A stretch of 64,000 bases of DNA from a virus (lineage: Duplodnaviria > Heunggongvirae > Uroviricota > Caudoviricetes), in the IMG/VR virus record IMGVR_UViG_3300009095_001812, positions 56,990 to 120,989 of that record, one strand, 5' to 3'. A program made the translations under genes and the position numbers. Every line of letters begins with the position of its first letter. Positions within the stretch are counted from its first letter, which is position 1. Below, in pieces: positions 62,684-64,000 of this stretch. The notes under the pieces were generated by a model, which had not been told where the DNA came from, ran no database searches, and saw only the letters and a list, made by a program, of their open reading frames with translations.

Positions 62684-64000
62684 ATGTCTAGTGCAAATTT
62701 TGTAAAGCAAATGTTGGGTTCTTCACATCCAAACGTGAAGGTTGATTCGTACCTATCAAAGAACGAGTTGCCAGAAGAGGCAGTTGCTCGTGTTCTGTTG
62801 ACTGGTATTTTGAAGAATCAGTTTTACCGTTCGGCTGATGATGCCGCAAAAGAAGCTCTACCACTCCTTATAGAGCGTGCACAAAAGGATCCTGAGTTCC
62901 TACTCAAGGCTGCCTGCTTGGCGCGTAATACTCATATGAAGGGTATGGTGAAGGTTGCCTTGGCAGCTATTGCTGGATCTTCTGATGAAAGATTCCTTGT
63001 AAAGGATATCAATCGTAACGCAGCTGTGGCGTTGCTTGCAACGTTCCATCCAGGTCAATTGATTCAGTTCGTTGAATTGATGAAGTCTAAGTCATTCGGT
63101 CGTGGTTTCGGTTCTCGTCCACAGAAGTGGGTGCGTTCTGCCATGGAAGCATGGGGCTACAACAAGCTTGAAGATTATACCCTTAAGTATCCAACAGCTT
63201 TGAACCAATTAGTACGTCTTGTTCACCCAAGATACACTGATGGTCGTGCTGGTTTGATTAAATATGTTCTTGATGGTCGAAAGGCTGAAGGAACTGGTAA
63301 CAAGCAAAAGATTGTTGAGGAATTAAAGGTTCTTCCAATTGGTCAGGAAAAAATCATCGCAAACATGATGCTTGATCATTCTATTCCATGGGATGTCGTA
63401 AAAGGTTTTGCTGGCCTTAAGGGCGAGATTGCAACTGCATCTATGACGCAAATGGGTCTTACCGCTTTGCTACTCAATATCAAGTCTCTTGAGCAACACA
63501 ATGTGTTTAACTCAAACGAGGGTCTTACAGCTCTAAAACTTAAGATGAATGAGGTGGTAAACGGTAGATCGATCCCATTGGATTTCGCCAAGCCATATAT
63601 CCATACTTCTAATCAGCGTGTAAAGGAAATCCTCCTTGATGCAATGGTTAGTGTATTGGATGTAGACATGGGCCCAATCGAAGGGCTGGATGTTGCTGTC
63701 AGCGTTGACATTTCAGGATCTATGAATGGTGAAACTCTTCAAACCGCAGGTCTACTTGCAGTTCCATTTTTGAAGGCAAAGAGCCTTTGGTTTACAACCT
63801 TCGACACCAACCTCTATGAGGAGGGTGTAGATCGCGGATCATCTCGCAGCATGTGGGGTGGTGAACACGGCGGATACTGCCCGAAGATTAAGGGACTGCC
63901 ACGCAAGACTCAGGTAAAGAACCTTCTTTCAATGAGAATTGCTGGTGGTACCGATGTGTCTCAACCGATTATTCACGCAATTCGTCAGAATAGAAAAGTT
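62684..64000 (+). CDS. TROVE-vWA domain protein (Ro60/Rsr-like), 3'-truncated by the window edge (not in the supplied ORF track)
   Basis: AAGGAG RBS; open frame to the end; QFYRSAD...AQKDPEFLLKAACLAR, LVRLVHP, IPWD, M..TALLLN and vWA MIDAS DISGSM...GGTD motifs. Confidence 0.85.
   Translation, partial: MSSANFVKQMLGSSHPNVKVDSYLSKNELPEEAVARVLLTGILKNQFYRSADDAAKEALPLLIERAQKDPEFLLKAACLARNTHMKGMVKVALAAIAGSSDERFLVKDINRNAAVALLATFHPGQLIQFVELMKSKSFGRGFGSRPQKWVRSAMEAWGYNKLEDYTLKYPTALNQLVRLVHPRYTDGRAGLIKYVLDGRKAEGTGNKQKIVEELKVLPIGQEKIIANMMLDHSIPWDVVKGFAGLKGEIATASMTQMGLTALLLNIKSLEQHNVFNSNEGLTALKLKMNEVVNGRSIPLDFAKPYIHTSNQRVKEILLDAMVSVLDVDMGPIEGLDVAVSVDISGSMNGETLQTAGLLAVPFLKAKSLWFTTFDTNLYEEGVDRGSSRSMWGGEHGGYCPKIKGLPRKTQVKNLLSMRIAGGTDVSQPIIHAIRQNRKV

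Noticed and set aside
707-63591. Numerous 60-180 aa ORFs antisense to or nested in long genes in the ORF track (e.g. 21804-22346, 23597-23992, 51576-51947)
   Set aside because: They are shadow ORFs of well-supported genes with no motifs or RBS.
1-64000. CRISPR arrays, rRNA, tRNA genes, IS transposases, and alternative genetic code
   Set aside because: No repeat-spacer pattern, no TPsiC/cloverleaf or rRNA signatures and no DDE transposase were seen. Genes tile well with TAA, TAG and TGA all acting as stops.
50361-64000. Vault-like system (PARP plus TROVE-vWA, by analogy to vPARP/TEP1)
   Set aside because: The PARP is WGR-type rather than PARP4-type, the genes are about 11 kb apart, and no major vault protein is visible.

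Overview
This 64 kb window is almost certainly from a large (jumbo/huge) dsDNA bacteriophage. It is densely packed, mostly on the + strand, uses the standard genetic code, and contains no rRNA, tRNA or CRISPR array that I could see. About 0.5-26 kb is a glycan-biosynthesis region: many GT2, GT4 and GT9-like transferases, two GT10 and one GT11 fucosyltransferase-like genes, gmd/fcl, methyl- and sulfotransferases, and a nucleotidyltransferase. About 26-41 kb is a replication and nucleotide module: tubulin/FtsZ-like GTPase, SF2 helicase, DnaC-like and DnaB-like proteins, sigma factor and class II RNR. The rest is accessory: MAP, GroES, a WGR-regulatory-catalytic PARP, IMPDH/GMPR-like, ThyX, CCA-adding enzyme, two DEDDh exonucleases and a TROVE/Ro60 protein cut off by the window edge. 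The window carries five inteins and six free-standing or fused homing-endonuclease-like ORFs. The most striking pattern recurs four times clearly and once weakly: a short orphan N-terminal stump of a gene, then an AT-rich endonuclease ORF, then a divergent replacement copy of the same N-terminus, with the parts adjacent or overlapping at start/stop codons. In one case the HNH nuclease is fused in frame to the replacement enzyme. Also notable is an RNR intein ending in Arg (-ARR/C) next to the catalytic cysteine. All protein calls come from motif recognition by eye, and no database searches were run.
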